Shown here piece by piece: positions 34,024 to 44,308 of a DNA stretch of 57,665 nt. Below the pieces are notes generated by a model that was not told the origin of the DNA, did no database searches, and worked only from the letters and a program-made list of their open reading frames with translations. Source of the DNA: a virus. Lineage: Duplodnaviria; Caudoviricetes. The DNA is taken from positions 1 through 57,665 of IMG/VR virus record IMGVR_UViG_3300008113_000328. One strand, 5' to 3'. Position 1 is the first letter of the stretch, and each line of letters starts with the position of its first letter. The position numbers and the translations under genes were made by a program.

Positions 34024-35415
34024 ATGGCAAAAATTAGTACATATCCTAACGTATCAACTCCTACTCTTTCCGATATGCTTATCGGTACGGAGGTAACTGA
34101 TAACAATGCTACAAAGAACTTTCAGATATCTGATATCCTCGGTTTGATTGGTTCGTTGGGATTGTATGTACCGTATACGGGGGCCACGTCAGATGTAGAC
34201 TTAGGCACGTATCTCATTTTTGCAGGAGGTGGTACTTTTTTTGGTCCTGTGTATCTTGATGATGCGTTATTTGATGGGACAGGAAGCTCGGGAAATGTAG
34301 GTCAAATATTGTCTGCTACCGCTACAGGCACTCAATGGATTGACCCTTCTTCTTTTATTAATCTTCAGGTTACTCTTGACGGTGGTAATACGGCTGATGA
34401 GGACATTATCTTGACAGGAGTGTCTAATAAATTTGAGCAGACGGGTGCTAACTCATTTATCCGTCAAACAGGAATAAGTTCTTTTATTCAACAAACAGGA
34501 GGAACCGCATTTATTTCGCAGTCAGGTGCTAATGCATTTATTAATCAGTCAGGAAATAATGCAAGTATTCTTCAAACGGGAACGGATAGTCTTATCCAAC
34601 AGCAAGGTATTGACTCAGTATTTAGGCAGATAGGTGCTAATGCAAGTATTCAGCAATCAGGTGCTAATTCTTATATCGACCAACAGGGTGCTAATGCATT
34701 TATAACACAGTCAGGTCTTAATTCAATTATTGAGCAAACAGGAAATAATGCTTTTATTACGCAGTCGGGAGCCAATTCATTTATTGAGCAAACAGGGGCT
34801 AATGCAAGCATTCAACAAACAGGGGCCAATGCATATATCTCACAGGCAGGGACCACAGGTTATATTCAGCCTGCTCAGATTTTAGACTCAACATCGTCTT
34901 TAGGGGTAGTAGATGAAGTGCTTGTGTCTCTTGGCCCGGGACTTGGAGTTCAATGGAAAGATAAGAATCAGATAGGGTCTTTTTATGATATCGCAAATCA
35001 AACTCCTGTTGCGGGTGTAGCTGTTCCTATGAGATTTGGAACCAATGATATTACAGGTTTTGGTGTTTCAGTTACTCCTGACATATTTACAAATAGAACT
35101 CAGATTGAAGTAACTACTACAGGGTATTATAACATACAGTTTTCTGCACAGCTTCGTAATGGAGCGGGTGCTGCTGAAGTAGATATATGGTTTCGTAAAA
35201 ACGGTACTGACATTGCTAATTCAAATACCAATGTATCAATGCAGTCAAATAGTTTTCAAGTAGCTTCTTGGAACTATCTTATAAAATTAGACCCCGGTGA
35301 TGTTTTTCAGATTATGTGGACCCAAGATAATTCAGCACTTATATCCGCAGGTCCAATTTCAGCTTTACATCCTGCAACGCCATCAACTATCCTTACTGTA
35401 AATAGAGTTCGTTAA
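34024..35415 (+). CDS. Fibre/spike protein with 16 nonapeptide repeats and a C1q/BclA-like C-terminal domain
   Basis: MAKISTYP N-terminus; Q-x-G-x-N-(A/S)-x-I-x repeats; TTTGYYNIQFSAQL. Confidence 0.65.
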   Translation: MAKISTYPNVSTPTLSDMLIGTEVTDNNATKNFQISDILGLIGSLGLYVPYTGATSDVDLGTYLIFAGGGTFFGPVYLDDALFDGTGSSGNVGQILSATATGTQWIDPSSFINLQVTLDGGNTADEDIILTGVSNKFEQTGANSFIRQTGISSFIQQTGGTAFISQSGANAFINQSGNNASILQTGTDSLIQQQGIDSVFRQIGANASIQQSGANSYIDQQGANAFITQSGLNSIIEQTGNNAFITQSGANSFIEQTGANASIQQTGANAYISQAGTTGYIQPAQILDSTSSLGVVDEVLVSLGPGLGVQWKDKNQIGSFYDIANQTPVAGVAVPMRFGTNDITGFGVSVTPDIFTNRTQIEVTTTGYYNIQFSAQLRNGAGAAEVDIWFRKNGTDIANSNTNVSMQSNSFQVASWNYLIKLDPGDVFQIMWTQDNSALISAGPISALHPATPSTILTVNRVR

Positions 35416-35417
35416 TC

Positions 35418-35645
35418 GTGGATATTAGAAAGATATCGGTTGGTCCTGACTACAAAGGAGGGGCAATGCATTACATTGTTGGGCAAAAAGTGCTTGGCAA
35501 TAGTAATGAGATACGCCATATCAAGTACAATCAACAGCGTGAGTCAATACAGATTTACATCATAAATGAAAAACAAGAGGTAGTTCTTTGGAAAGAGTTC
35601 ACCTCAACCATTCCAATTTCAATCGAATTTAATATAGATTTTTGA
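35418..35645 (+). CDS. Hypothetical protein
   Basis: IRKISVGPDYK..MHYIVGQ; GTG start. Confidence 0.65.
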   Translation: MDIRKISVGPDYKGGAMHYIVGQKVLGNSNEIRHIKYNQQRESIQIYIINEKQEVVLWKEFTSTIPISIEFNIDF

Positions 35646-36208
35646 TGAAGTCACCATTCTACTTTATGGCAAAGCCATTAAAGGGGAAGCGTTACGACAA
35701 CACAAAGGACATAGGTGGAGTAGAGTTTATAGTGAGTACCTCAGAGGAGGACCACAAGTTCTCCAACAGGTATGCTGAGGTTGTTGAGACCCCCTTGGGA
35801 TATTCGGGACCAATTGAACCCGGAGATATCTTGATAGTGCATCACAATGCATTCAAGTTTTACAATGATATAAAAGGCAACCGCAAAAGCGGTCGTAGCT
35901 TTTTTAGAGAAGATATCTTTCTTATAGACTCTGAGCAATTCTTTATGTATAAGAAAGGCGATACTTGGTATGCCTATGATAGATATTGTTTTGTAAAGCC
36001 TATACCCGCGACTGAGTCGTATATCAAGAAGCCTTTTTCTGAGGAGCCGCTGATGGGAATAATGAAATATCCCAACGCTTATCTTTGTAGTCAAGGAGTA
36101 AACGCAGGAGACACTGTATGTTTTGCTCCTGAAACTGAATATGAATTTATCGTAGATGATGAGAAACTATACCGAATCTACGACCACCAAATAACAATTA
36201 AGCTATGA
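35642..36208 (+). CDS. GroES-like fold protein
   Basis: Two GroES-like halves (IEPGDILIVHHN; VNAGDTVCF..EFIVDDEKLY). Confidence 0.5.
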   Translation: MMKSPFYFMAKPLKGKRYDNTKDIGGVEFIVSTSEEDHKFSNRYAEVVETPLGYSGPIEPGDILIVHHNAFKFYNDIKGNRKSGRSFFREDIFLIDSEQFFMYKKGDTWYAYDRYCFVKPIPATESYIKKPFSEEPLMGIMKYPNAYLCSQGVNAGDTVCFAPETEYEFIVDDEKLYRIYDHQITIKL

Positions 36209-36675
36209 ACTTATTATCACTCGATAACATTATTAGAGACCCAAAGGCATATGTTGAAGACATTTTTAAATATGACTTTCAAGATATATTTGATGGAGAG
36301 CGTACATTTAAAAATATACAACCAAGAGATGACGATGAGTTTTCTCGGACCGTATCAATAATTTTTCCTAATTACACTGTGAAGTGGAACTTTATACGTA
36401 AGTCTCCTTTAAATCAAGAAGAGCCAAACTTTATTCATTCAGACGAGATGATGGGTGACTTTACTGTTATCCTTTATCTCAACGAGACTCATCCTGAGAA
36501 TGACGGCACAACAATATACGATGAGAATAAAAAACCATTGTGTACTGTGTACTCAAAATTCAATCGAATGATTGCGTTCAACTCAGACGCTCCTCACTCT
36601 CGAAACATTTATGAGAACTTTGGAAGTGGCAATGAGGCTCGTTTGATTCAAGTAATCTTTTTAGAGGAAAAGTAA
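36205..36675 (+). CDS. 2OG-Fe(II) oxygenase-like protein
   Basis: IHSD..VILYLN..GTTIY..FNRMIAF..PHS..RLIQVIF (HxD..H..R). Confidence 0.7.
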   Translation: MNLLSLDNIIRDPKAYVEDIFKYDFQDIFDGERTFKNIQPRDDDEFSRTVSIIFPNYTVKWNFIRKSPLNQEEPNFIHSDEMMGDFTVILYLNETHPENDGTTIYDENKKPLCTVYSKFNRMIAFNSDAPHSRNIYENFGSGNEARLIQVIFLEEK

Positions 36676-36676
36676 T

Positions 36677-36958
36677 ATGGACAGCAAAGAGATGAAGCTG
36701 AAAATTATTGCTGCCGCAGAGAAAGCGGTTGAGCAATTGATAAAGGTTGCTGAGGAAGAAATCATTAAGCCTCATAGTGAGGATGAGTTAGCTGCTGATA
36801 GATTGAAGAATGCGGCTGCAACAAAGCGGTTGGCAATCTTTGATGCATTTGAGATACTCAATAGGATAGAAACAGAAAGAGATAGTCTTAATGATATAGC
36901 TAAAGGCATAAGTAAAACTGAAACTAAACAGGGATTTGCAGAGCGAAGGTCTAAATAA
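36677..36958 (+). CDS. Putative terminase small subunit
   Basis: Helical 93-aa ORF directly before the large terminase (positional inference). Confidence 0.5.
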   Translation: MDSKEMKLKIIAAAEKAVEQLIKVAEEEIIKPHSEDELAADRLKNAAATKRLAIFDAFEILNRIETERDSLNDIAKGISKTETKQGFAERRSK

Positions 36959-39185
36959 CTCATTGTATTTTACGGTCCGTGACCTAATACCCAACCCTGT
37001 TCTTTTAAAAAAGAATAAGGCAAAGACTTGGGCATATGGTTATGACGAGAAGTATGACGTTGTAGTAATCTCCAAGACGGGAGAGATAGGTCAGATAATA
37101 AATGTATCGGGCCTTAATATCGCTTTGCCTGCCCAACCTAAGGAGTGTCTTCAAAGACACTCAAAACCATCTGAGCAGTATTGGGAGAGGCAAGAGTTGC
37201 CAAAAGAACTTGCGAAGATTCAGTCTATCTTTCATTGGAATGAGAAACCTAAAGAGTTTAAGGATAGATGGGTTGACTACATCGAGAAAGAGTTTGACTA
37301 TAGAGAGGAAGGATTTTGGTTTATGAACAACGGGAAGCCCTGTTATATTACAGGTGCTCACTATATGTACCTTCAGTGGTCAAGCATTGACGTTGGATAT
37401 CCTGACTTTAGAGAGGCCAATCGAATCTTCTTTTTGTTTTGGGAGGCGTGCAAAGCTGACCCAAGAGCATTTGGAATGATATATCTCAAGATTAGACGTT
37501 CAGGATTTTCCTTTATGGCTTCGTCTGAATGTGTAAACATTGGTACGCTCGCTCGTGATGCACGTGTAGGAATATTATCTAAGACGGGTGCGGATGCAAA
37601 GAAGATGTTTACAGATAAGGTTGTACCCATCAATAGTAGACTTCCATTCTTTTTCAGACCTATTATGGATGGTATGGATAAGCCAAAGACCGAGTTGGCG
37701 TTCCGCGTGCCTGCCTCCAAGATTACAAAAAAGAATATGTATGAGTCTTCTGATGATGAGATAGAGGGATTAGATACCACTATAGATTGGAAGAACACAG
37801 AAGAGAACTCTTATGACGGAGAGAAGTTAGCTTTCTTGGCTCACGATGAGTCGGGCAAGTGGGTCAAGCCAAATAACATCCTAAACAATTGGCGCGTAAC
37901 TAAGACCTGTTTGCGTTTGGGTAGTAAGATAATCGGAAAGTGTATGATGGGTTCTACCTCTAATGCTTTGAGCAAGGGGGGTGATAACTTTAAAAAACTG
38001 TATGAGGATTCCCACATAGGGATACGTAACGCCAATGGTCAGACCAAAAGTGGAATGTACTCGTTGTTTATTCCAATGGAGTGGAATATGGAAGGCTTCA
38101 TTGATATACACGGGATGCCTGTATTTAGAAAGCCTGAAGAAAGGGTAAGAGGAGTAGATGGCAATTGGATTAGTAATGGTGCTATAGATTATTGGGAGGC
38201 TGAGGTTGATTCGCTCAAGCACGACTCAGATGCACTCAATGAATTTTATCGTCAGTTCCCAAGAACAGAATCCCACGCATTTCGTGATGAGAGCAAGCAA
38301 GCCCTGTTTAACCTAACTAAAATATATCAGCAGATTGACTACAACGATTCTTTGATAATAGACCAACACGTAACTCGTGGCAGCTTTATGTGGAAGGACG
38401 GAATCAAGGATACGCAGGTTATATTTATGCCTGATAAGCGTGGGCGTTTTGCAATTACGTGGGTTCCTCCAAAGCAGATGCAAAACAATGTGCACCTGCG
38501 CAATGGTATTAAGTATCCCGGCAATGAGCACTTAGGCTCGTTTGGGTGTGACTCATATGATATCTCTGCTGTTGTGGATGGAAGGGGGTCGAATGGTTCT
38601 CTTCACGGAATGACTAAGTTCCATATGGATGAGGCTCCTATAAACGAGTTCTTTTTGGAATACATTGCTCGACCACAAACGGCTGAGATATTTTTTGAAG
38701 AGGTTCTTATGGCTTGTGTATTTTATGGTATGCCTATCTTGGCGGAGAATAACAAGCCTCGTTTACTATACCACTTTAAGAATAGAGGATATCGTGGGTT
38801 CTGTATGAATAGGCCCGATAAACAATATGCTAAACTATCTAAGACTGAGCGTGAACTTGGAGGCATACCTAACTCATCTGAGGATGTAAAGCAGGCTCAC
38901 GCTGCTGCGATAGAGTCGTATATTGAGAAGTTTATTGGTATGGATTTATCAGGTGCTTATAGAGATTCCGATGAGATGGGGTCTATGTTATTTACAAGAA
39001 CACTTGAGGATTGGGCTAAGTTTGATATTAACGATAGAACTAAGTTCGATGCATCTATCAGTTCGGGACTAGCTATTATGGCTAACCAAAAACATCTTTA
39101 TATGCCTGAGAAAAAAGAATCCAAAATAAGTATTAACTTCGCAAGGTACAAGAATGACGGAAACACAAGTCAATTGATTCGATGA
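36936..39185 (+). CDS. terL: Terminase large subunit (contains a palindrome copy at 37145-37160)
   Basis: KIRRSGFS Walker-A-like motif, LAHDESGK Walker B, MGST, FGCDSYD nuclease, AENN; start codon uncertain. Confidence 0.85.
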   Translation: MQSEGLNNSLYFTVRDLIPNPVLLKKNKAKTWAYGYDEKYDVVVISKTGEIGQIINVSGLNIALPAQPKECLQRHSKPSEQYWERQELPKELAKIQSIFHWNEKPKEFKDRWVDYIEKEFDYREEGFWFMNNGKPCYITGAHYMYLQWSSIDVGYPDFREANRIFFLFWEACKADPRAFGMIYLKIRRSGFSFMASSECVNIGTLARDARVGILSKTGADAKKMFTDKVVPINSRLPFFFRPIMDGMDKPKTELAFRVPASKITKKNMYESSDDEIEGLDTTIDWKNTEENSYDGEKLAFLAHDESGKWVKPNNILNNWRVTKTCLRLGSKIIGKCMMGSTSNALSKGGDNFKKLYEDSHIGIRNANGQTKSGMYSLFIPMEWNMEGFIDIHGMPVFRKPEERVRGVDGNWISNGAIDYWEAEVDSLKHDSDALNEFYRQFPRTESHAFRDESKQALFNLTKIYQQIDYNDSLIIDQHVTRGSFMWKDGIKDTQVIFMPDKRGRFAITWVPPKQMQNNVHLRNGIKYPGNEHLGSFGCDSYDISAVVDGRGSNGSLHGMTKFHMDEAPINEFFLEYIARPQTAEIFFEEVLMACVFYGMPILAENNKPRLLYHFKNRGYRGFCMNRPDKQYAKLSKTERELGGIPNSSEDVKQAHAAAIESYIEKFIGMDLSGAYRDSDEMGSMLFTRTLEDWAKFDINDRTKFDASISSGLAIMANQKHLYMPEKKESKISINFARYKNDGNTSQLIR

Positions 39186-41617
39186 AAGATATAGAAATCA
39201 ACATACTGTCTACAAGCTTCCCAAGTCAGTTTGCTACTGATGCAGAAAAAGAATCAGATGCATTTGGGCTTCAAGTTGGACAAGCCATTCAATATGAATG
39301 GTTCAGAAAGGATGGAACCTCTTGTAGATATTATAATCAGTGGCGTGATTTCCATAGACTCCGTCTCTATGCTCGTGGAGAACAAGGCACGGCTAAATAC
39401 AAAAATGAATTAGCTATTGATGGTGACTTATCTTATCTCAATTTAGATTGGACACCTGTTCCTGTTATACCAAAGTTTGTAGATATCGTAGTTAACGGTA
39501 TGTCAGACCGAATGTTTAAAGTGAAGGCGTATGCACAAGATGCTATGTCTCAGGCTAAGCGTAGTAAATATCAGGAGATGATTGAAACTCAGATGGCAGG
39601 TAAGCCTGTACTTGAGAAGATTCAAGAACTGACAGGAGCTAATCCATTTATGGTTGAGCCTGATGAGTTGCCTGAAAGTGATGATGAGTTGTCATTGTAT
39701 ATGCAGCTCAACTACAAACCCGCTATCGAGATAGCAGAGGAAGAAGCAATCAATACAATCTTTGACGAGAATCATTATCAAGACACACGTAAAAGACTTG
39801 ACTATGATAGCACCGTATTGGGTATAGCTGTTTGTAAGCACGAGTTCTTGCAAGGTACGGGAGTTAAGATTTCATACGTAGACCCTGCAAATATTGTATA
39901 CAGTTATACTGAAGACCCATATTTCAAAGATTGTTTTTATTGGGGTGAGATTAAAACTGTACCGCTTACTGAGCTGTATAAGATTGACCAATCACTCACT
40001 GCTGAAGACCTTAAGGAGATATCTCAATATAGTCAAGGATGGTATGACTACTACAACGTAGCAAGATTCTACGAGAACAGCGTATTCTTTAGAGACACTT
40101 GTACTTTGATGTACTTCAACTACAAGACCACCAAGAAGATTGTATACAAGAAGAAGAGACTTGACAATGGTGGTACACGTGTAATTGAAAAAGATGATAC
40201 GTTCAACCCTCCAACTGAAATGATGGAGGAGGGCAACTTTGAAAAGATTGAAAAGACAATTGACGTATGGTATGAGGGAATTATGGTTATGGGAACCAAC
40301 ATCCTTTTGAAATGGGAGTTGGCTCATAATATGGTTCGACCTAAGTCAGCTTCTCAGCACGCGCTTCCTAATTATTTTGCTTGTGCTCCTCGTATGTACA
40401 AGGGTGTTATTGAATCGTTGGTTCGCAGGATGATTCCATTTGCTGACCTTATTCAAATCACCCACTTAAAGTTGCAGCAAGTTATTGCGCGTGTAGTTCC
40501 TGATGGTGTGTTCATTGATGCTGATGGCTTGAATGAGGTAGACCTTGGCACGGGCAATGCGTACAATCCCGAGGACGCACTTCGTTTGTATTTCCAAACG
40601 GGTAGTGTTATTGGACGCAGCTTTACACAAGATGGTGATTTCAATAACGCCCGTGTCCCTATCACTCAGTTAACATCTAATTCAGGAGCGGCCAAGACTC
40701 AAATGTTGATTGCTAATTACAATCACTATATGGATATGATTAGAACAGTAACGGGTCTTAACGAAGCCCGGGATGGTTCTACTCCTGACCCACATTCATT
40801 GGTTGGTCTTCAAAAGTTAGCAGCCTTAAATTCAAACACGGCTACTCGTCATATTCTTGAGAGTGGATTGAATATCTATCGCTCATTAGCAGAGGCGATT
40901 ACTTATCGTATATCTGATATCTTGGAGTATGCTGACTTTAAAGAAGAGTTTATAAATCAGATAGGTCGATTTAATGTATCTATTCTTGGAGACATATCAG
41001 ACTTGTACATATATGACTTTGGAATCTTCATTGAAGTTTCACCTGACGAGGAACAGAAGGCTCAGCTTGAACAGAACATTCAGATGGCATTATCTAAGGG
41101 TGACATCAATCTTGAGGACGCAATTGATATCCGTGAGATAAAGAATATAAAGCTTGCTAATCAACTCCTCAAGTTAAAGCGAACTAAGAAAGAGCAACGT
41201 GAAGAGAAGATGGCTATGCAAAAGCAGGCAATGATTGCTCAGCAACAGTTTAAGTCTCAGGAGTTGGCATCGCAAGTTGCAATGCAAAAGATACAGGCAG
41301 AAGCACAAGCTAAGATGCAAATTAAACAGGCTGAGATTGCTTTTGAAATTGAGAAGATGAAGCAAGAGGCCGCAATGAAATCTCAACTTATGGCTCAGGA
41401 GTTTAACTACAATATGCAGTTAGGCTCTATGGAGACATCAAGTTTGACACAGCGAGAGAAAGAAAAAGAAGATGCTAAGGCCAAACGTATTAGTATTCAG
41501 AACACTCAGCAATCTAAATTGATTAATCAAAGAAAGAACAATCTTCCTCCAATGAACTTTGAGTCTAATGAGGATAGCTTAGATGGGTTTGATTTGGCTG
41601 AGTTTTCACCTCGATAA
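39182..41617 (+). CDS. Portal protein
   Basis: 811 aa after terL; podovirus-portal-like with a C-terminal Q/E/K-rich coiled-coil barrel. Confidence 0.8.
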   Translation: MKDIEINILSTSFPSQFATDAEKESDAFGLQVGQAIQYEWFRKDGTSCRYYNQWRDFHRLRLYARGEQGTAKYKNELAIDGDLSYLNLDWTPVPVIPKFVDIVVNGMSDRMFKVKAYAQDAMSQAKRSKYQEMIETQMAGKPVLEKIQELTGANPFMVEPDELPESDDELSLYMQLNYKPAIEIAEEEAINTIFDENHYQDTRKRLDYDSTVLGIAVCKHEFLQGTGVKISYVDPANIVYSYTEDPYFKDCFYWGEIKTVPLTELYKIDQSLTAEDLKEISQYSQGWYDYYNVARFYENSVFFRDTCTLMYFNYKTTKKIVYKKKRLDNGGTRVIEKDDTFNPPTEMMEEGNFEKIEKTIDVWYEGIMVMGTNILLKWELAHNMVRPKSASQHALPNYFACAPRMYKGVIESLVRRMIPFADLIQITHLKLQQVIARVVPDGVFIDADGLNEVDLGTGNAYNPEDALRLYFQTGSVIGRSFTQDGDFNNARVPITQLTSNSGAAKTQMLIANYNHYMDMIRTVTGLNEARDGSTPDPHSLVGLQKLAALNSNTATRHILESGLNIYRSLAEAITYRISDILEYADFKEEFINQIGRFNVSILGDISDLYIYDFGIFIEVSPDEEQKAQLEQNIQMALSKGDINLEDAIDIREIKNIKLANQLLKLKRTKKEQREEKMAMQKQAMIAQQQFKSQELASQVAMQKIQAEAQAKMQIKQAEIAFEIEKMKQEAAMKSQLMAQEFNYNMQLGSMETSSLTQREKEKEDAKAKRISIQNTQQSKLINQRKNNLPPMNFESNEDSLDGFDLAEFSPR

Positions 41618-41665
41618 AAGATTGAAAAATTTGTTGTAAGTTTGTAACCAATAAAATTAAATCTA

Positions 41666-42763
41666 ATGCAATTTAAAGAAGTAAGGGTAATTGACACAGG
41701 AGACACCAAGGGTGTAGCAGAGAAAGAAGCTGAATTACTTGCTAAGCACGAAGCTGCGCAAGTAGATGCTGAAGCAAATGCGGTAGTACAAGCAGAAGAG
41801 CCGCCTGCAAATGCGGACTCTCAGTTGCCCGAGCTAAAAGAAGAAGACGTTCTTTCATATATTGGAAAAAGATACAATAAGCAAATCAACTCTTTTGATG
41901 AGTTGATGGCTGAACGTCAGCAGGCAGAACAGATGCCTGAAGACGTAGCCGCTTATATGAAATTTAAGAAGGAGACAGGTCGTGGATTCGATGACTTTAT
42001 CAAACTGAATAAAGATTACGATTCTATGGACGCTGATATCCTTCTAAAAGAATACCTTTCCTCTACACAAGAGGGACTTGATGCCGAAGACATTGAGGCT
42101 TTGATGGATGATTATAGATATGATGAAGACCTTGATGATGAATCGCGAGTTAAAAAGGTAAAGATTGAGAGAAAGAAAACTATTGCTGAGGCAAAGAAAT
42201 TCTTTAACACTCAAAAGGAAAAGTACAAGATACCCCTTGAGTCAAGTGCGGTTGGTGTTCCTGCTGAGGATAAAGAAGAGTATGAAGCGTTCAAGCAGTA
42301 TATAGGCAAGGCGAAGACCATAGAGGAGGAGAACAACCGTAAGCGTCAATGGTTTGACCAAAAAACGGACGAGGTGTTTAGCGGAGAGTTCAAAGGTTTT
42401 GAGTTCAACGTGAATGACCGAAAGTTCAAATTTTCTCCCGGAGACGCTGCTGAGTTGAAGAAAGTCCAATCAACTCCTGCGAACTTTATTAATAAGTTCT
42501 TGGATGAAAATGGATTGATGAAAGACGCAGCAGGCTACCATAGGTCGTTAGCTATTGCTATGCACCCCGACAAGTTCGCCAAGTACTTCTATGAGCAAGG
42601 ATTGGCAGACGCAACTGATGATGTTGCCCGTAAGATTAAGAATGTAAATATGTCTGAACGGAAAGCTCCTGAGGTTACGTCAACTAATAGTGGGTTTCAG
42701 GTGAAAGCGGTCAACCCTGATTCCGGAAGGAAACTAAAAATCCGTAGTGCAAAACGAATTTAA
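41666..42763 (+). CDS. Capsid scaffolding protein
   Basis: Acidic, helical, between portal and capsid genes. Confidence 0.65.
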   Translation: MQFKEVRVIDTGDTKGVAEKEAELLAKHEAAQVDAEANAVVQAEEPPANADSQLPELKEEDVLSYIGKRYNKQINSFDELMAERQQAEQMPEDVAAYMKFKKETGRGFDDFIKLNKDYDSMDADILLKEYLSSTQEGLDAEDIEALMDDYRYDEDLDDESRVKKVKIERKKTIAEAKKFFNTQKEKYKIPLESSAVGVPAEDKEEYEAFKQYIGKAKTIEEENNRKRQWFDQKTDEVFSGEFKGFEFNVNDRKFKFSPGDAAELKKVQSTPANFINKFLDENGLMKDAAGYHRSLAIAMHPDKFAKYFYEQGLADATDDVARKIKNVNMSERKAPEVTSTNSGFQVKAVNPDSGRKLKIRSAKRI

Positions 42764-42784
42764 CGAATTTAAAAATTAAACAAA

Positions 42785-44230
42785 ATGGCAGGTTCTATTT
42801 TATCAAACCCTACCTTTTCGCTGCAACCCGCTCCCGAACAGGTGGCTTTACAAACAAATTACATTACTGACTTTGATTTCTTAAATCAGTATCTCCCCGA
42901 TACTTACGAGAAGGAATTTGAGCGTTATGGTAATCGTACAATTGCATCATTCCTCCGTATGGTAGGAGCTGAGATGCCCTCAAACTCTGACCAAATCAAA
43001 TGGGCAGAACAAGGTCGTCTTCACATTAAGTACAGTAACTGTACTACTGCTGCTGCTGCCGGTGCGAGTACAGCTACGTTTCAGGTAAATACTGTAGCGG
43101 GAGCAATTGCAACAGTTGCTATTCGTGTTGGTCAAACTGTAATGATTCAGCAGAACACTACAGGTGTTTTCAACAAAGCTATCGTTACAGCTGTTACTCA
43201 AACAAACACTGCAACAGTAGCAGGTACATTTACTGTAGCTTACTATGAAGCAGGTGGTCAAGCTGCCGCAGGTGCGGGTGCTACGTTTACTGTATTCATT
43301 TATGGTTCTGAGTTCCGTAAAGGAACTAATGGAATGGTTGGTTCTTTGGAAGCTGAAGATGATATCTACAGCAACAGCCCAATCATTATCAAGGACAAGT
43401 ATGCTGTAAACGGTTCCGATATGGCTCAAATCGGTTGGGTTGAGGTAACTACTGAGAATGGTGCTACAGGATATCTTTGGTATCTGAAGAGCGAGCACGA
43501 GACTCGTCTTCGCTTTGAGGACTACCTTGAAACTGCAATGATTGAAGCCGTTCCTGCTGCGTCAGGTTCAGGTGCTGCAACCGCAGGTTTCAAAGGCTCT
43601 GAAGGCATCTTCTATGTAGTTAACAACCGTGGTAACGTATGGGGTGCAGGTACTCCAACTACTCTTGCGGAGTGGGATACCATCGTTCAGCGTTTGGACC
43701 GTCAAGGTGCAATTGAAGAGAACGTAGTATTCGTTAACCGTCAGCTTAGCTTTGACATTGATAATATGTTGGCTACCTTAAACGGTTTCAACGGAGGCTC
43801 TGCCGCAGGTGCTGCATCATTCGGTCTATTCGACAACGACATTAATATGGCGTTGAACCTCGGATTCACAGGATTCCGCAGAGGTTATGACTTCTATAAG
43901 TCAGATTGGAAATACCTTAACGACCCAACAATGCGCGGTGGCTTGAACGCTACTGCTGCAACTGCAACAGGTACTGTAACAGGTCTTCTTGTTCCTGCGG
44001 GTTCTACTTCAGTGTATGACCAAATTATGGGCAAGAACGCTAAGCGTCCATTCCTTCACGTGCGTTACCGCGCATCTGAGGCTGAAGACCGCAGATACAA
44101 GACTTGGATTACAGGTTCTGCGGGAGGTGCTGCTACAAGCGACCTCGATGCAATGGAGGTTAACTTCCTTTCTGAGCGTGCAGTATGTACCTTAGGTGCG
44201 AACAACTTTATCTTGTTCCGCTACGGATAA
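42785..44230 (+). CDS. Major capsid protein
   Basis: 481 aa, high-expression codon bias, follows the scaffold gene and precedes a strong terminator. Confidence 0.8.
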   Translation: MAGSILSNPTFSLQPAPEQVALQTNYITDFDFLNQYLPDTYEKEFERYGNRTIASFLRMVGAEMPSNSDQIKWAEQGRLHIKYSNCTTAAAAGASTATFQVNTVAGAIATVAIRVGQTVMIQQNTTGVFNKAIVTAVTQTNTATVAGTFTVAYYEAGGQAAAGAGATFTVFIYGSEFRKGTNGMVGSLEAEDDIYSNSPIIIKDKYAVNGSDMAQIGWVEVTTENGATGYLWYLKSEHETRLRFEDYLETAMIEAVPAASGSGAATAGFKGSEGIFYVVNNRGNVWGAGTPTTLAEWDTIVQRLDRQGAIEENVVFVNRQLSFDIDNMLATLNGFNGGSAAGAASFGLFDNDINMALNLGFTGFRRGYDFYKSDWKYLNDPTMRGGLNATAATATGTVTGLLVPAGSTSVYDQIMGKNAKRPFLHVRYRASEAEDRRYKTWITGSAGGAATSDLDAMEVNFLSERAVCTLGANNFILFRYG

Positions 44231-44244
44231 TCGTTTTTAAAATG

Positions 44245-44275
44245 GGAGAGTGTCTTCAAAGACACTCTCCTTTTT
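44245..44275 (+). terminator. Intrinsic terminator built on the 16-bp palindrome
   Basis: GGAGAGTGTC-TTCAAA-GACACTCTCC-TTTTT; motif at 44250-44265. Confidence 0.85.
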
Positions 44276-44308
44276 ACTTAATTAAATCAAATTCAATTAA
44301 ATATAGTT

